A stretch of DNA of 64,000 nucleotides from an uncultured SAR86 cluster bacterium (lineage in GTDB: Bacteria; Pseudomonadota; Gammaproteobacteria; Magnimaribacterales; D2472). Location of the stretch: contig CACKRJ010000002.1 of NCBI GenBank assembly GCA_902602595.1, positions 34,278-98,277 on the forward strand, read 5' to 3'. Of the stretch, positions 51,569-60,988 are shown in pieces (position 1 is the first letter of the stretch; every line of letters starts with the position of its first letter). The position numbers and the translations under genes are program-made. The notes below the pieces were generated by a model. That model saw only the letters and a program-made list of their open reading frames with translations, searched no databases and had not been told where the DNA came from.

Positions 51569-52697
51569 ATGGCACCTCTGAGTTAGTTAAAAAAAATTTT
51601 TTTTCTATTTGATTTTCAAGATAAGGCTCATCCCACATATAATTTTGTAGATGTTTGGCTCTTTTAAAAAATAATTGTGGATCAGCTTCAACAGTAAAGC
51701 CCATGCCACCATAAATTTGAATAGTGGTTGCTGCTATTTCTCTGAATGACCTACAAGCTTGAAGTTTTGACAATGCAGATAATGATGAAATATCCTTTTT
51801 TTCATCAAATGACCAAGCCGCTTGATATGTCATCAATTTATTAGCCTCAACTTCAACATATCCATCTGCTAAATAATGTGCAATAGATTGAAAAGAACCA
51901 ATTTTTTGACCAAATGCTTCTCTCTCAAGAGAATAGTCTCTACCAATATATAAAGACCTTTCAGAACCACCTGATGCTTCTGCTGCAATCAGTATTTGAC
52001 TTAGGGAAGCAATTTCTTCCCAAATCTCCCAGAAATTTGATTTTTGCATTAGATTATCTTTATCAATCTCAACTTTCTTAAAAATTACCTCATATAAACT
52101 TGTTTTAGCATGGTTCTCTTGGTAATTAAAAGTTAACCCTGGATGATCTGTATCAATTATTGCAGCACCAATATTAGAACTATCTCTAAATAAAATAATA
52201 ATTTTATTAGCTTGAGAAGCATATGGAACCATGTGTTTTTTACCAGTAACATAATATTTATTGCTTTTTTTAGTAAGTGTTAAGTTAATACCCTCTTTAT
52301 AGAATGAAGAGCCTTCTTCCAACCAAGCCAATGAGGCTATTAATTCACCAGAAGCTATCCCAGTAAGAATTTCTTTCTTTTGTTTGCTTGTGCCTAATTT
52401 ATTTATTAAAGATGCACATATAACTGAACTTACCAAATGGGGTGATAAAGACAAAGCACGGCCAAATTCTTCATAAACAATTACTTGGTCTAGCAAACCC
52501 ATTTCTGATCCTCCAAATTTAGTAGGTATATTAATTCCGGTTAACCCAAGGTTTTTTAATTGTGCCCAGAATTGATCAGAGTAGCCTTTTTTTGTATCTT
52601 CAATATCTCTTAAAGTCTTTAAATCAGAATTATCAATACATATTTTTTCAATAGTATTTCTAAGCAATATTTGTTCTTCTGAAAATTGAAGTTCCAC
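51549..52697 (-). CDS. Acyl-CoA dehydrogenase, partner subunit
   Basis: REAFGQKIGSFQSIAH, QIYGGMGFT. Confidence 0.88.
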   Translation of the reverse strand: MELQFSEEQILLRNTIEKICIDNSDLKTLRDIEDTKKGYSDQFWAQLKNLGLTGINIPTKFGGSEMGLLDQVIVYEEFGRALSLSPHLVSSVICASLINKLGTSKQKKEILTGIASGELIASLAWLEEGSSFYKEGINLTLTKKSNKYYVTGKKHMVPYASQANKIIILFRDSSNIGAAIIDTDHPGLTFNYQENHAKTSLYEVIFKKVEIDKDNLMQKSNFWEIWEEIASLSQILIAAEASGGSERSLYIGRDYSLEREAFGQKIGSFQSIAHYLADGYVEVEANKLMTYQAAWSFDEKKDISSLSALSKLQACRSFREIAATTIQIYGGMGFTVEADPQLFFKRAKHLQNYMWDEPYLENQIEKKFFLTNSEVPFEIFND

Positions 52698-52771
52698 TTA
52701 TATCTAATTATTATTTCTAAATAAGACTTTTATATTAAACTTTGGGTATTTGTAAGGCAATAAATAGAAAT

Positions 52772-53212
52772 ATGAATAATGATGTAACTGAAATTAAAGA
52801 TAAGCTTATTGCTTATGCAAATTCATTAGATACTAGGAAATGGAGTATTTTAAAAGATATTTTCCATAAAGAAGCTACAGCTGAATATGGCGATGATTCA
52901 ATTGGTATTAAATTTAATTCATCATCTAGAGATGAGATTATTAAAATGTGTCAATCAAATTTAAATGGATGTGGATTTACACAACATTTATTAGGAAATT
53001 TTAAAATAGAAATTAATAAAAATTCAGCAACAAGCCAATGCTATGTTAGGGTTTATCATATAGGCCAAAAGCCTAATGAAAAAGAATTTTATGAGATGTT
53101 TGGTGAATATATTGATGAGTGGAAAAACATCAATAATTCATGGTGTATCATTCATAGAAAACTCAAAGTTAATTACGAAAGAGGTAATAGAGATAAAGTT
53201 TTAGCTCCATAA
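52772..53212 (+). CDS. SnoaL/NTF2-like protein (BaiE/LinA-like fold)
   Basis: YANSLDTRKW, TQHLLGN, GEYIDEW, W.IIHR. Confidence 0.85.
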   Translation: MNNDVTEIKDKLIAYANSLDTRKWSILKDIFHKEATAEYGDDSIGIKFNSSSRDEIIKMCQSNLNGCGFTQHLLGNFKIEINKNSATSQCYVRVYHIGQKPNEKEFYEMFGEYIDEWKNINNSWCIIHRKLKVNYERGNRDKVLAP

Positions 53213-53214
53213 AT

Positions 53215-54402
53215 ATGAATTTTAATTTTACTAAAGAAGAAGAATTGTTTGTTGAAGAAGTTAAAAACTTCATCAAAGAAGAAAAGAAGAAATCTAATGC
53301 AGACGATGTATTTGCTCCAAATAGAGAAGCAGATGCTCAAACCAAAATAGACAGCCCTGCTAGAAGAGAGTTTATGAAAATACTTTCATCAAAAGGCTAT
53401 CTAGGCATGTCATGGCCAAAAGAATATGGCGGTAAAGAAAAACCTGGAATTTATGATTATATTTTAAATGAAGAATTATGCAGAGTTGGAGCACCTTCTC
53501 CAGGCAAAGGCGTTGGATCAATAGGACAAACAATAATTCATCATGGGTCTAACAGAATAAAAGATGAATTTTTACCTCAAATTTTAGCTGGTGAAATTGA
53601 TTTTGCATTGGGCTATAGCGAACCAGGTGCAGGGTCAGATTTAGCCTCTTTAAAACTAAAAGCTGAAAAAAAGGATGGTGGCTGGTTGATTAATGGTCAA
53701 AAAATCTGGACTTCATCTGCTCATGTCGCAGATTGGTATTGGTTGGCAGCAAGAACGGATCCAGAAGCCCCTAAGCATAAAGGAATAAGCGTGTTTTTAG
53801 TTAAAATGGATGATCCAGGTATTGAAGTACATCCAATTGAAACTGTTGGAGAGCATGCAACAAATAGTGTTTTTTTAACTGATGTTTTCATTGCTGATGA
53901 ATATGTTATTGGAGATGTTAATAACGGCTGGAAATATATTTGTGAAGCATTAAATTACGAACGATTTACTTTCTATACCATTGCACCTTTAGAGCAAAAA
54001 TTTAAAGAGCTGGTTGAACTTATCAATAAATTATCAAGAGATGGAACTCCATTGAATAAAATCCCTGAAATACGCAAGAAAATTATATATCTTTATGCAG
54101 ATGTCCAAAAAGCCAAAGTTCTCCAAAGAAAAGTACTATCTGTTGCCATTCAAGATGAAGTACCTCAAACAGAAGCAGCTGTTTTTAAACTATTCAGTAC
54201 AAAACTACATCAAAAATTAGCTAATGAGGCAATGGATATATTAGGTAGAGAAGGTCTTTTTAGAAAGGAGTGTCAAGATTCACATGCTAATGGAAAATGG
54301 GAATGGTCATACCGCAGTACATTGGTAGATACTATTGGAGCTGGAACAACAGAAATTCAAAAAAATACAATAGCTAAAAAATCTTTAAATCTTCCTTTGT
54401 AA
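53215..54402 (+). CDS. Acyl-CoA dehydrogenase, catalytic subunit
   Basis: LGYSEPGAGSDLASL, LNYER, IGAGTTEIQKN. Confidence 0.9.
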   Translation: MNFNFTKEEELFVEEVKNFIKEEKKKSNADDVFAPNREADAQTKIDSPARREFMKILSSKGYLGMSWPKEYGGKEKPGIYDYILNEELCRVGAPSPGKGVGSIGQTIIHHGSNRIKDEFLPQILAGEIDFALGYSEPGAGSDLASLKLKAEKKDGGWLINGQKIWTSSAHVADWYWLAARTDPEAPKHKGISVFLVKMDDPGIEVHPIETVGEHATNSVFLTDVFIADEYVIGDVNNGWKYICEALNYERFTFYTIAPLEQKFKELVELINKLSRDGTPLNKIPEIRKKIIYLYADVQKAKVLQRKVLSVAIQDEVPQTEAAVFKLFSTKLHQKLANEAMDILGREGLFRKECQDSHANGKWEWSYRSTLVDTIGAGTTEIQKNTIAKKSLNLPL

Positions 54403-54408
54403 ATAATA

Positions 54409-54912
54409 ATGCAAGCTGAATTGCCTAAAGAAATAACAAAACTAATTGGCAAAATATCATTTGAAGATTCGAGCCCTATTTTAGTTCAAAAAGGGCTTTG
54501 GCAAAACTTTTGTTCAGCTATTGAAGATAGTAATCCTATTTATTGGAATGAATCAGAAGCCATTAAACATGCTAACGAGTTAATAGCCCACCCAGCATTA
54601 CTACCTTCATGGACTCATGATTTTGAATGGCATCCTAATCGAAAAAAAGTTCTGCCCATGCAACTTCATTTCCATTTAAAAGAAGTTTTAAATTTACCAC
54701 TTGGAATAGTTACAGAAGTTGAAATTGAATACTATGAGCCTATTAAAAATGGTGATGAAATTAGCTCTAATCAAAAATTATTAAGTATTTCTGAACCGGT
54801 AACAACTAAACTTGGAAATGGAAGATATTGGGTTATAGAAGTTACCTATTTTAACCAAAGGGAAATTATTGTAGGAAAACAAAACATGCATTTTTTAGGT
54901 TATAAAAAATGA
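54409..54912 (+). CDS. MaoC-like dehydratase, N-terminal/ChsH2-type hot-dog subunit
   Basis: FCSAIEDSNPIYW, EIEYYEPIKNGD. Confidence 0.8.
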   Translation: MQAELPKEITKLIGKISFEDSSPILVQKGLWQNFCSAIEDSNPIYWNESEAIKHANELIAHPALLPSWTHDFEWHPNRKKVLPMQLHFHLKEVLNLPLGIVTEVEIEYYEPIKNGDEISSNQKLLSISEPVTTKLGNGRYWVIEVTYFNQREIIVGKQNMHFLGYKK

Positions 54913-55394
54913 GTTCTAATATTACTTTACCTATTAGTAAATTTGTTACATCAGTGAAAAATATACAGGCTGGTGCTATTTATAGTCGAGATTGGGCCCC
55001 GCTTCATTCAGATCAAGACTGGGCTATTAATAAAGGCAATTTACCAAACATAATTATGAATAATTACACATTAAATGGTTTGGTAATAAAGTATGTTACT
55101 GATCTTTATGGAGATGCGACAAGGATTGGCAAAGTTAGTTTCAAGATTAAAAAACCTATATGCCCAAACGAAACATTAGAATTTCATGGATCTATAATTA
55201 GTGAAGATAAGGTTTCAGAGGAATTATCATTCTTAAATATCAATTTAGATATAAAAATATCTGATCAAATTGTTTCATCTGCAAAAATTATTACAGGGGT
55301 TAATTTAACTGAAAAAAAATTAAATTCTCCATGGAAGATAGATTCTAAAACATGGAAATCTTACATAGATGAAGTGACAACCAAAAAATCTTAA
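54909..55394 (+). CDS. MaoC-like dehydratase, catalytic ChsH1-type subunit
   Basis: SRDWAPLHSD (D-x4-H hydratase motif), NIIMN. Confidence 0.8.
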   Translation: MSSNITLPISKFVTSVKNIQAGAIYSRDWAPLHSDQDWAINKGNLPNIIMNNYTLNGLVIKYVTDLYGDATRIGKVSFKIKKPICPNETLEFHGSIISEDKVSEELSFLNINLDIKISDQIVSSAKIITGVNLTEKKLNSPWKIDSKTWKSYIDEVTTKKS

Positions 55395-55484
55395 TCGTAA
55401 TTTTTCTGTATCTTTAGAAATTGCAAAGTATTAATATATACCGACAGACTTTCCTTAGTAAGTTTTCTGATTGATGACACCACT

Positions 55485-56678
55485 TTAAAACTTAATCGGC
55501 ATATTTCTATAGCCCTGTAAAAATTCACCGAATGTTCTTACCATTTCATTATGTTGAAGTGAGTATTCAGGAATGGCTTTAAATATTTCTTCTAAAATGA
55601 CCCTGCCTTCTAATCTTGCTAAGTGCTGACCCAAACATTTATGTGGACCATGCCCAAAACTGATAGTTCGCTTGGGAGTAGTTCTGGTAATATTAAATTT
55701 ATCAGGATTATCGAATTCTCTCTCATCTCTTCCAGCCGATTGATACAAAAAAATTACAGAGTCACCTTTTTTCATCTTTTTACCATGTAATTCCATATCT
55801 TTATTTAGTTTTCTACCTAAAATGTTAGTAGGATGATCAAACCTAACCGTCTCTTCGAAAGCTGCAGGTATTAATGACGGATCATTTTTTAAAATCTCTT
55901 GTTGATCTGGATTTTGATCAAGATAATAAAATAAGTTTGCAATCGTATAAGGAACCGTATCAGCGCCAGTAATTATCAACATACTTGTGTTTCCCATAAT
56001 CTGCTCATCTGACATCCACAAGCCCTCTCTTACTTGTTTTGTGATCCATGAATTTATATGAGTAGGAGAAGGAGGTGTATCTTTTCTCCATTCAGATGCT
56101 AGCTGCAACATTAGACCCATGCACTGGCCAAATGCTTCTTGACCTCTAGGAGTAACACCCATGACATCAGGATCTCTCTCATAAAAAATATCAATCAATT
56201 CTCTTGCTTTTAAAGCTATATCTCTTTCCAAACCTATCATGTCGGTAATGGTGAATAATGAGACCTTTCTTGCAATTTCATGAACATCAATCTCACCTTT
56301 TTTTAAACCTGGCTCAAGTTCTTTTATTGTTAGTTGTCTAATTTTATCCTCAAGCTCTGAAACTGAAGATTGAGTATATCTATCGGCAATAGTATTTCTG
56401 TAATCTCTGTGGTCTGCACCATCATTTGTCGGGATTGAGATATGACCCGGACCAGAATCATCGCCCAATAGTAATGGGGGTGGAGAAGTTCCCTCAATAG
56501 ATGTGTAGTCTTTATATGATCCTAAGTGAGCATTCCATATGTCTTCAAATCTACTTAGTGCCCATGCCCCACCAAAATCTTCCATACAGTGAACAGGATC
56601 ATTATCTCTAAGATCTTTGTAGATATTCCAAGAATCGTCCCAAAAATCTTTTGAATATGGATTGTAATTAATTTTCAT
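55485..56678 (-). CDS. Cytochrome P450
   Basis: TGADT (I helix), EETVR (ExxR), FGHGPHKCLG heme motif. Confidence 0.96.
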   Translation of the reverse strand: MKINYNPYSKDFWDDSWNIYKDLRDNDPVHCMEDFGGAWALSRFEDIWNAHLGSYKDYTSIEGTSPPPLLLGDDSGPGHISIPTNDGADHRDYRNTIADRYTQSSVSELEDKIRQLTIKELEPGLKKGEIDVHEIARKVSLFTITDMIGLERDIALKARELIDIFYERDPDVMGVTPRGQEAFGQCMGLMLQLASEWRKDTPPSPTHINSWITKQVREGLWMSDEQIMGNTSMLIITGADTVPYTIANLFYYLDQNPDQQEILKNDPSLIPAAFEETVRFDHPTNILGRKLNKDMELHGKKMKKGDSVIFLYQSAGRDEREFDNPDKFNITRTTPKRTISFGHGPHKCLGQHLARLEGRVILEEIFKAIPEYSLQHNEMVRTFGEFLQGYRNMPIKF

Positions 56679-56711
56679 ATCACCACTCCCCTTGATGTAA
56701 TTAAATATTAA

Positions 56712-57125
56712 TTATTCTCTTACCCAATAAGGTAAAGATATTTCATTGTTAATTTTTTTAAATCTAACAGTTAATTTATCACCTATCTTAATGGAATCTA
56801 TATCTGAGTTAGATTTTATTTCTCCAATAATTCTTATATTTTTATATTCAATTAATTCAACCAAACCAACTACATATGGAGATTGTTTTTCAAATACTGG
56901 TAGAAGTGGTGGTCTAGGAACTACAAATGACCAAAGAATTGCATCACCCGAAACAATATTCCACTCATGGTTAATAGACTGACATTTAGGGCACATATGT
57001 CTAGGAGGAAATCTTGGTGCTTTACAATCAGCACAATGCTGAATGCTTAATTTATGTTTTGAAGAATTTTCCCAATAGGATTTATCAAAATCTTCAATGC
57101 CGGGAATTGGAATAGATTTAATCAT
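56712..57125 (-). CDS. DUF35 Zn-ribbon/OB-fold protein
   Basis: CADC..RFPPR.MCPKC, PYVVGLVEL. Confidence 0.9.
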   Translation of the reverse strand: MIKSIPIPGIEDFDKSYWENSSKHKLSIQHCADCKAPRFPPRHMCPKCQSINHEWNIVSGDAILWSFVVPRPPLLPVFEKQSPYVVGLVELIEYKNIRIIGEIKSNSDIDSIKIGDKLTVRFKKINNEISLPYWVRE

Positions 57126-58274
57126 TTATTCACCCTTTAATAATACTGCTGCATTTGGAGTTGCATCGCAAGTTGTTACCAAAGCCAATTTAGCATTTTT
57201 AATTTGTACATTAGCCAAGCCACGAATTTGTTTAACTCCCTCAGTAACTAAATTCATCCCATGAAGATAAACCTCTGAGAGGCTTCCTCCTGAGGTATTC
57301 ACAGGAAGGCCACCATCAACATCAATCAAACCTTCATTAATTAACTTCAATGCCTCACCCTTTGGACAAAAATCATATGCTTCCAGAGAAAATGGAATCA
57401 TTGGGGAAAATGCATCATATATTTGAGCAACATCAACATCTTTAGGGGAATAATCAGATAAGCTCCATAAATTAGAGGCTGTTACATATGAAGAGCTTTC
57501 AAGGGGATCGTCGCTATGATAGTGAGTCATTAGCTGATGATCTCTACTCATTCCTTGTGAATATGAGTGAATGATAGCTGGTATATTATTTAGACTTTCG
57601 GCCATTTTTACACTTGTAATAACAATCGCAATTGCGCCATCACTCTCTAGACAATTATCAAATAAACAAAGAGGATCTGAAATCATTCTAGCATTCATAT
57701 AATCACTTAAACTAAGGGATTTGTTATGCATTAGAGCACGTTCGTTGGAGTTGGCGTACTTTCTTAAAGCAATAGATACACTTGCAAGATCTTTTCTATC
57801 ATAATTATATTGATGCATATATCTTCTCATTAGCATAGAAGATTCATCGACTGGCCTAACCAAACCCGATGGTCTAGACCATTTCCAATGATCAAAGATT
57901 TGTTCATTTGTATGAGACCACATTCTAGAACTAGGATCGCCTCTTTTACGTGATCTCCAAACAACTCCTACATTGGCTACCCCTGAGGCAATTGCCATAG
58001 CAACTTGACCAATAGCAGCACAACTTGCCCCACCTCCATAGGGCGCTTGACTCCAATAGGTTAAATTTCCAAAACCTAAATTTCTTGCAATCTCAAATTC
58101 AGGTGTCTCCTCATAGGTAAAACTGCCTAATGCATCAACTTGATCAGGATTAATACCAGCATCATCCAACGCAATTTTAATTGCTTTACAGGCAAGGTTT
58201 AGTTCTGTTGAATCAATTGATTTTGAGAATTCGGTTTCCCCAATTCCCACTATTGCTGTTTGATCTTTCAGCAT
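57126..58274 (-). CDS. Ltp2-like thiolase-fold aldolase
   Basis: AIVGIGETEFSK, CLESDG, IYDAF, NTSGG.LSEVYLHG. Confidence 0.85.
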   Translation of the reverse strand: MLKDQTAIVGIGETEFSKSIDSTELNLACKAIKIALDDAGINPDQVDALGSFTYEETPEFEIARNLGFGNLTYWSQAPYGGGASCAAIGQVAMAIASGVANVGVVWRSRKRGDPSSRMWSHTNEQIFDHWKWSRPSGLVRPVDESSMLMRRYMHQYNYDRKDLASVSIALRKYANSNERALMHNKSLSLSDYMNARMISDPLCLFDNCLESDGAIAIVITSVKMAESLNNIPAIIHSYSQGMSRDHQLMTHYHSDDPLESSSYVTASNLWSLSDYSPKDVDVAQIYDAFSPMIPFSLEAYDFCPKGEALKLINEGLIDVDGGLPVNTSGGSLSEVYLHGMNLVTEGVKQIRGLANVQIKNAKLALVTTCDATPNAAVLLKGE

Positions 58275-58280
58275 AAATAA

Positions 58281-59447
58281 CTATTTAGGTAAATTTAATC
58301 TATTGGCAATATTATTTTTTTGAATTGCAGATGAGCCACCTAATATCGGCATAGCTAACATATCACGAACATATCTTTCCATATCAAAGTCTCTAACATA
58401 TCCATAAGCACCTAATATTCTTTGACATGTTAAAACTATTTCTAAGGCTGTTTCAGTTACAAAGAGTTTTGACATTGACATTTCAACTGTAGCTGTAACA
58501 TTTTGATCAGCAAGCCATGCGCCTTGATATGTCATTAATCTACATGCCTCTAGTTTTGTTTTAACTTCAGCAAGCATATGTCTTACAGATTGGTTATGGC
58601 ATATAGGTTTACCAAATTGAATTCTTTCTTGCGAATATTGCCACGCATCATCAACAGCTGCTCTTGCAATACCTAATGCCATTGCTGAGACCTCAATTTT
58701 CTCTACATCTAAGCCTGTGCTTACAATCTTGCTCCATCCATTATTCCAACCCTCTTCTCCTCCTATTACATTATCAAAAGGTATTTTTACATCATTAAAA
58801 GTTACATCACAGGTGCCTCCAACACCCTTTTGTCCAAGAGTTTGTTGGGGTTCTATTATTATTCCATCAGATTTAGGGGGTATTAATACTAAAGAAAGAT
58901 TTCTGTATCTATCTTCCTCTGGCCCAGATTTAACAATTGTATAAATATAGTCTGTAACATTTGGTCCAGAGCACCACCGTTTAGTTCCATTGATCACAAC
59001 TTTATCGCCATCTCTAACAGCTTTAGTTTTAACACTAGCTACATCTGCTCCAACATCAGGTTCACTAATTCCATATGAGAATAACAGATTACCTTTTGCA
59101 ACTTCTGGAAGAAATTTTTGTTTTTGCTCTTCACTAGCAACTTCAGAAATGTTCAGTCCTGCATAACATGCACAAAAAATATACCCTGAAGCAATACCAA
59201 GGCTTCTAGTGCATAGCTCTTCAATTGTAGCTATTGTTGCCATTACGTCTCTGCCTGAGCCGCCATATTCTGAAGGAACCGTTACGGAGGTAACTCCTAA
59301 TTCACATAATTTATCAAAAACATCTCTTGGAAAATAATCATCCTTATCCCATTGATTCACTTTATCTCTAGGCATTTCCTTTTCAATAAATTGCCTAAGA
59401 GTATGTCTTAACATAGTGATATGTTCTGGCTCTTGAAATGCATTCAT
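58281..59447 (-). CDS. Acyl-CoA dehydrogenase
   Basis: ISEPDVGAD, RIQFGKPI, LGAYGY. Confidence 0.92.
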   Translation of the reverse strand: MNAFQEPEHITMLRHTLRQFIEKEMPRDKVNQWDKDDYFPRDVFDKLCELGVTSVTVPSEYGGSGRDVMATIATIEELCTRSLGIASGYIFCACYAGLNISEVASEEQKQKFLPEVAKGNLLFSYGISEPDVGADVASVKTKAVRDGDKVVINGTKRWCSGPNVTDYIYTIVKSGPEEDRYRNLSLVLIPPKSDGIIIEPQQTLGQKGVGGTCDVTFNDVKIPFDNVIGGEEGWNNGWSKIVSTGLDVEKIEVSAMALGIARAAVDDAWQYSQERIQFGKPICHNQSVRHMLAEVKTKLEACRLMTYQGAWLADQNVTATVEMSMSKLFVTETALEIVLTCQRILGAYGYVRDFDMERYVRDMLAMPILGGSSAIQKNNIANRLNLPK

Positions 59448-60148
59448 GTTTCTTGAATGCCTAGATTTGCATGAATTACAGAACCATTAACAACAGAATT
59501 ATTTGCGCAGAAAAATAATGTCTTAGCTATTTCCTCTGAAGTAATTAATCTATTTTCACTTAAAGTAGAAGCCATAACTTTTAAGGCTTCCTGATTACCT
59601 TGGACATATTCAACCAACATTTCTGTTTCAGTGGCTCCTGGACATATACATGCTGTATGAATAAATCTTCCAAATAAGTCCTGACATGTACTTCTCATGA
59701 GACCTATCATCCCATGTTTTGTCATTACGTATGATGACATATGTGGAACTGCTTTTTCAGATAAGGTTGAGCCTACATAGAGAATCGATGAACCTTTATT
59801 CATGAATGGAATAGTAATTTTATTTAAAATTGAAGGACTCACTAAGTTAACTTCTATTACCTCTCTTAAGTCATTATTGTTAAATGATTCAACTGTGTCA
59901 CTTTGCATCTTACTTGCATTATGTATGAGGCAAATTTTATCAGCTGATGAAAGGAGGTCTTTAAAATTTGATTCTAATGATTTTTGCCAATTTGAAGTCG
60001 ATAAATCAACCTCAAAATGTATTGCTTTATCTAAATTTATACTTGATCTTGAAAGATTAATAATTTCAAAACCATCATCTTTAAAAATTTTTGCTGTAGC
60101 AAATCCTATTCCACTGCTTCCACCAGTAATAATAAGAAATTTTTTCAA
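59444..60148 (-). CDS. SDR family oxidoreductase
   Basis: TGGSSGIG, YVMTK, CPG; TTG start at 60148 after AAGGTGG. Confidence 0.9.
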   Translation of the reverse strand: MKKFLIITGGSSGIGFATAKIFKDDGFEIINLSRSSINLDKAIHFEVDLSTSNWQKSLESNFKDLLSSADKICLIHNASKMQSDTVESFNNNDLREVIEVNLVSPSILNKITIPFMNKGSSILYVGSTLSEKAVPHMSSYVMTKHGMIGLMRSTCQDLFGRFIHTACICPGATETEMLVEYVQGNQEALKVMASTLSENRLITSEEIAKTLFFCANNSVVNGSVIHANLGIQET

Positions 60149-60161
60149 AGAACCACCTTGA

Positions 60162-60956
60162 TTATTTTTGTTTAAATTTAGGAGTTTCTTTTTTTGCAAA
60201 GGCTTCTAGTGCAATTTTATGATCTTCCATTAATTGAGTAACATTTTCAAAAGCTGCTGCTCTATCTATTATTGAATTAGCCATAACTTTCAAACCAGCG
60301 TTAATAGAAGTTTTAGTCCAGCGAATAGAATATTTAGCTCCATCACGAAGCTTTTCAGCTAAAGCTTGGACTTCTTGATCAATTTTATCCTCTTCAATGA
60401 CTTCTGCGATAAGTCCCATACTAAGCGCATCACCTGCTTTAATCATCTCACCCGTTAAAAGGTACTTCTTAGCTCGTGCGAAACCTATAAGCTGTGGCCA
60501 TATAACACAACCACCATCACCTGCAACTAGTCCAACTGAGACATGAGGATCTGCAAATTTTGATCTTGGGGTAGCATATACAAAATCACAAAAAAGAGCC
60601 AAAGAACAACCTAGACCAACAGCTGGGCCATTTACTTTGGCAATAATTGGTTTCTCCATATCCAACATGGCATTTTGAATCTTTCTATCATGATTTATAT
60701 GATATGCAGTTGCTACAGGATCGCCATGAACTCCCAGTAACCATTTTAAATCCCCGCCGGCACAAAATGATTTGCCTGCTCCTGTAAGAATAACGATATC
60801 AACCTCATCATCATATTCAGCATCAATGAATATAGTTGAAAAATCAGCATGTAGTTGCTCATTAACAGCATTCATATCATTTGGGCGATTGATAGTAATG
60901 GTTAAAATCTTATTTTCTTTAGTTATTTTAAGTTCTTTATATTTTGAATAATCCAT
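60162..60956 (-). CDS. Crotonase family protein with DPH..GDG motif
   Basis: FCAGGDL, KPIIAKVNG, FADPHVSVGLVAGDGG. Confidence 0.9.
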   Translation of the reverse strand: MDYSKYKELKITKENKILTITINRPNDMNAVNEQLHADFSTIFIDAEYDDEVDIVILTGAGKSFCAGGDLKWLLGVHGDPVATAYHINHDRKIQNAMLDMEKPIIAKVNGPAVGLGCSLALFCDFVYATPRSKFADPHVSVGLVAGDGGCVIWPQLIGFARAKKYLLTGEMIKAGDALSMGLIAEVIEEDKIDQEVQALAEKLRDGAKYSIRWTKTSINAGLKVMANSIIDRAAAFENVTQLMEDHKIALEAFAKKETPKFKQK

Positions 60957-60988
60957 AAAATTAATTATAAACAGCTTCGTAGAAATTA

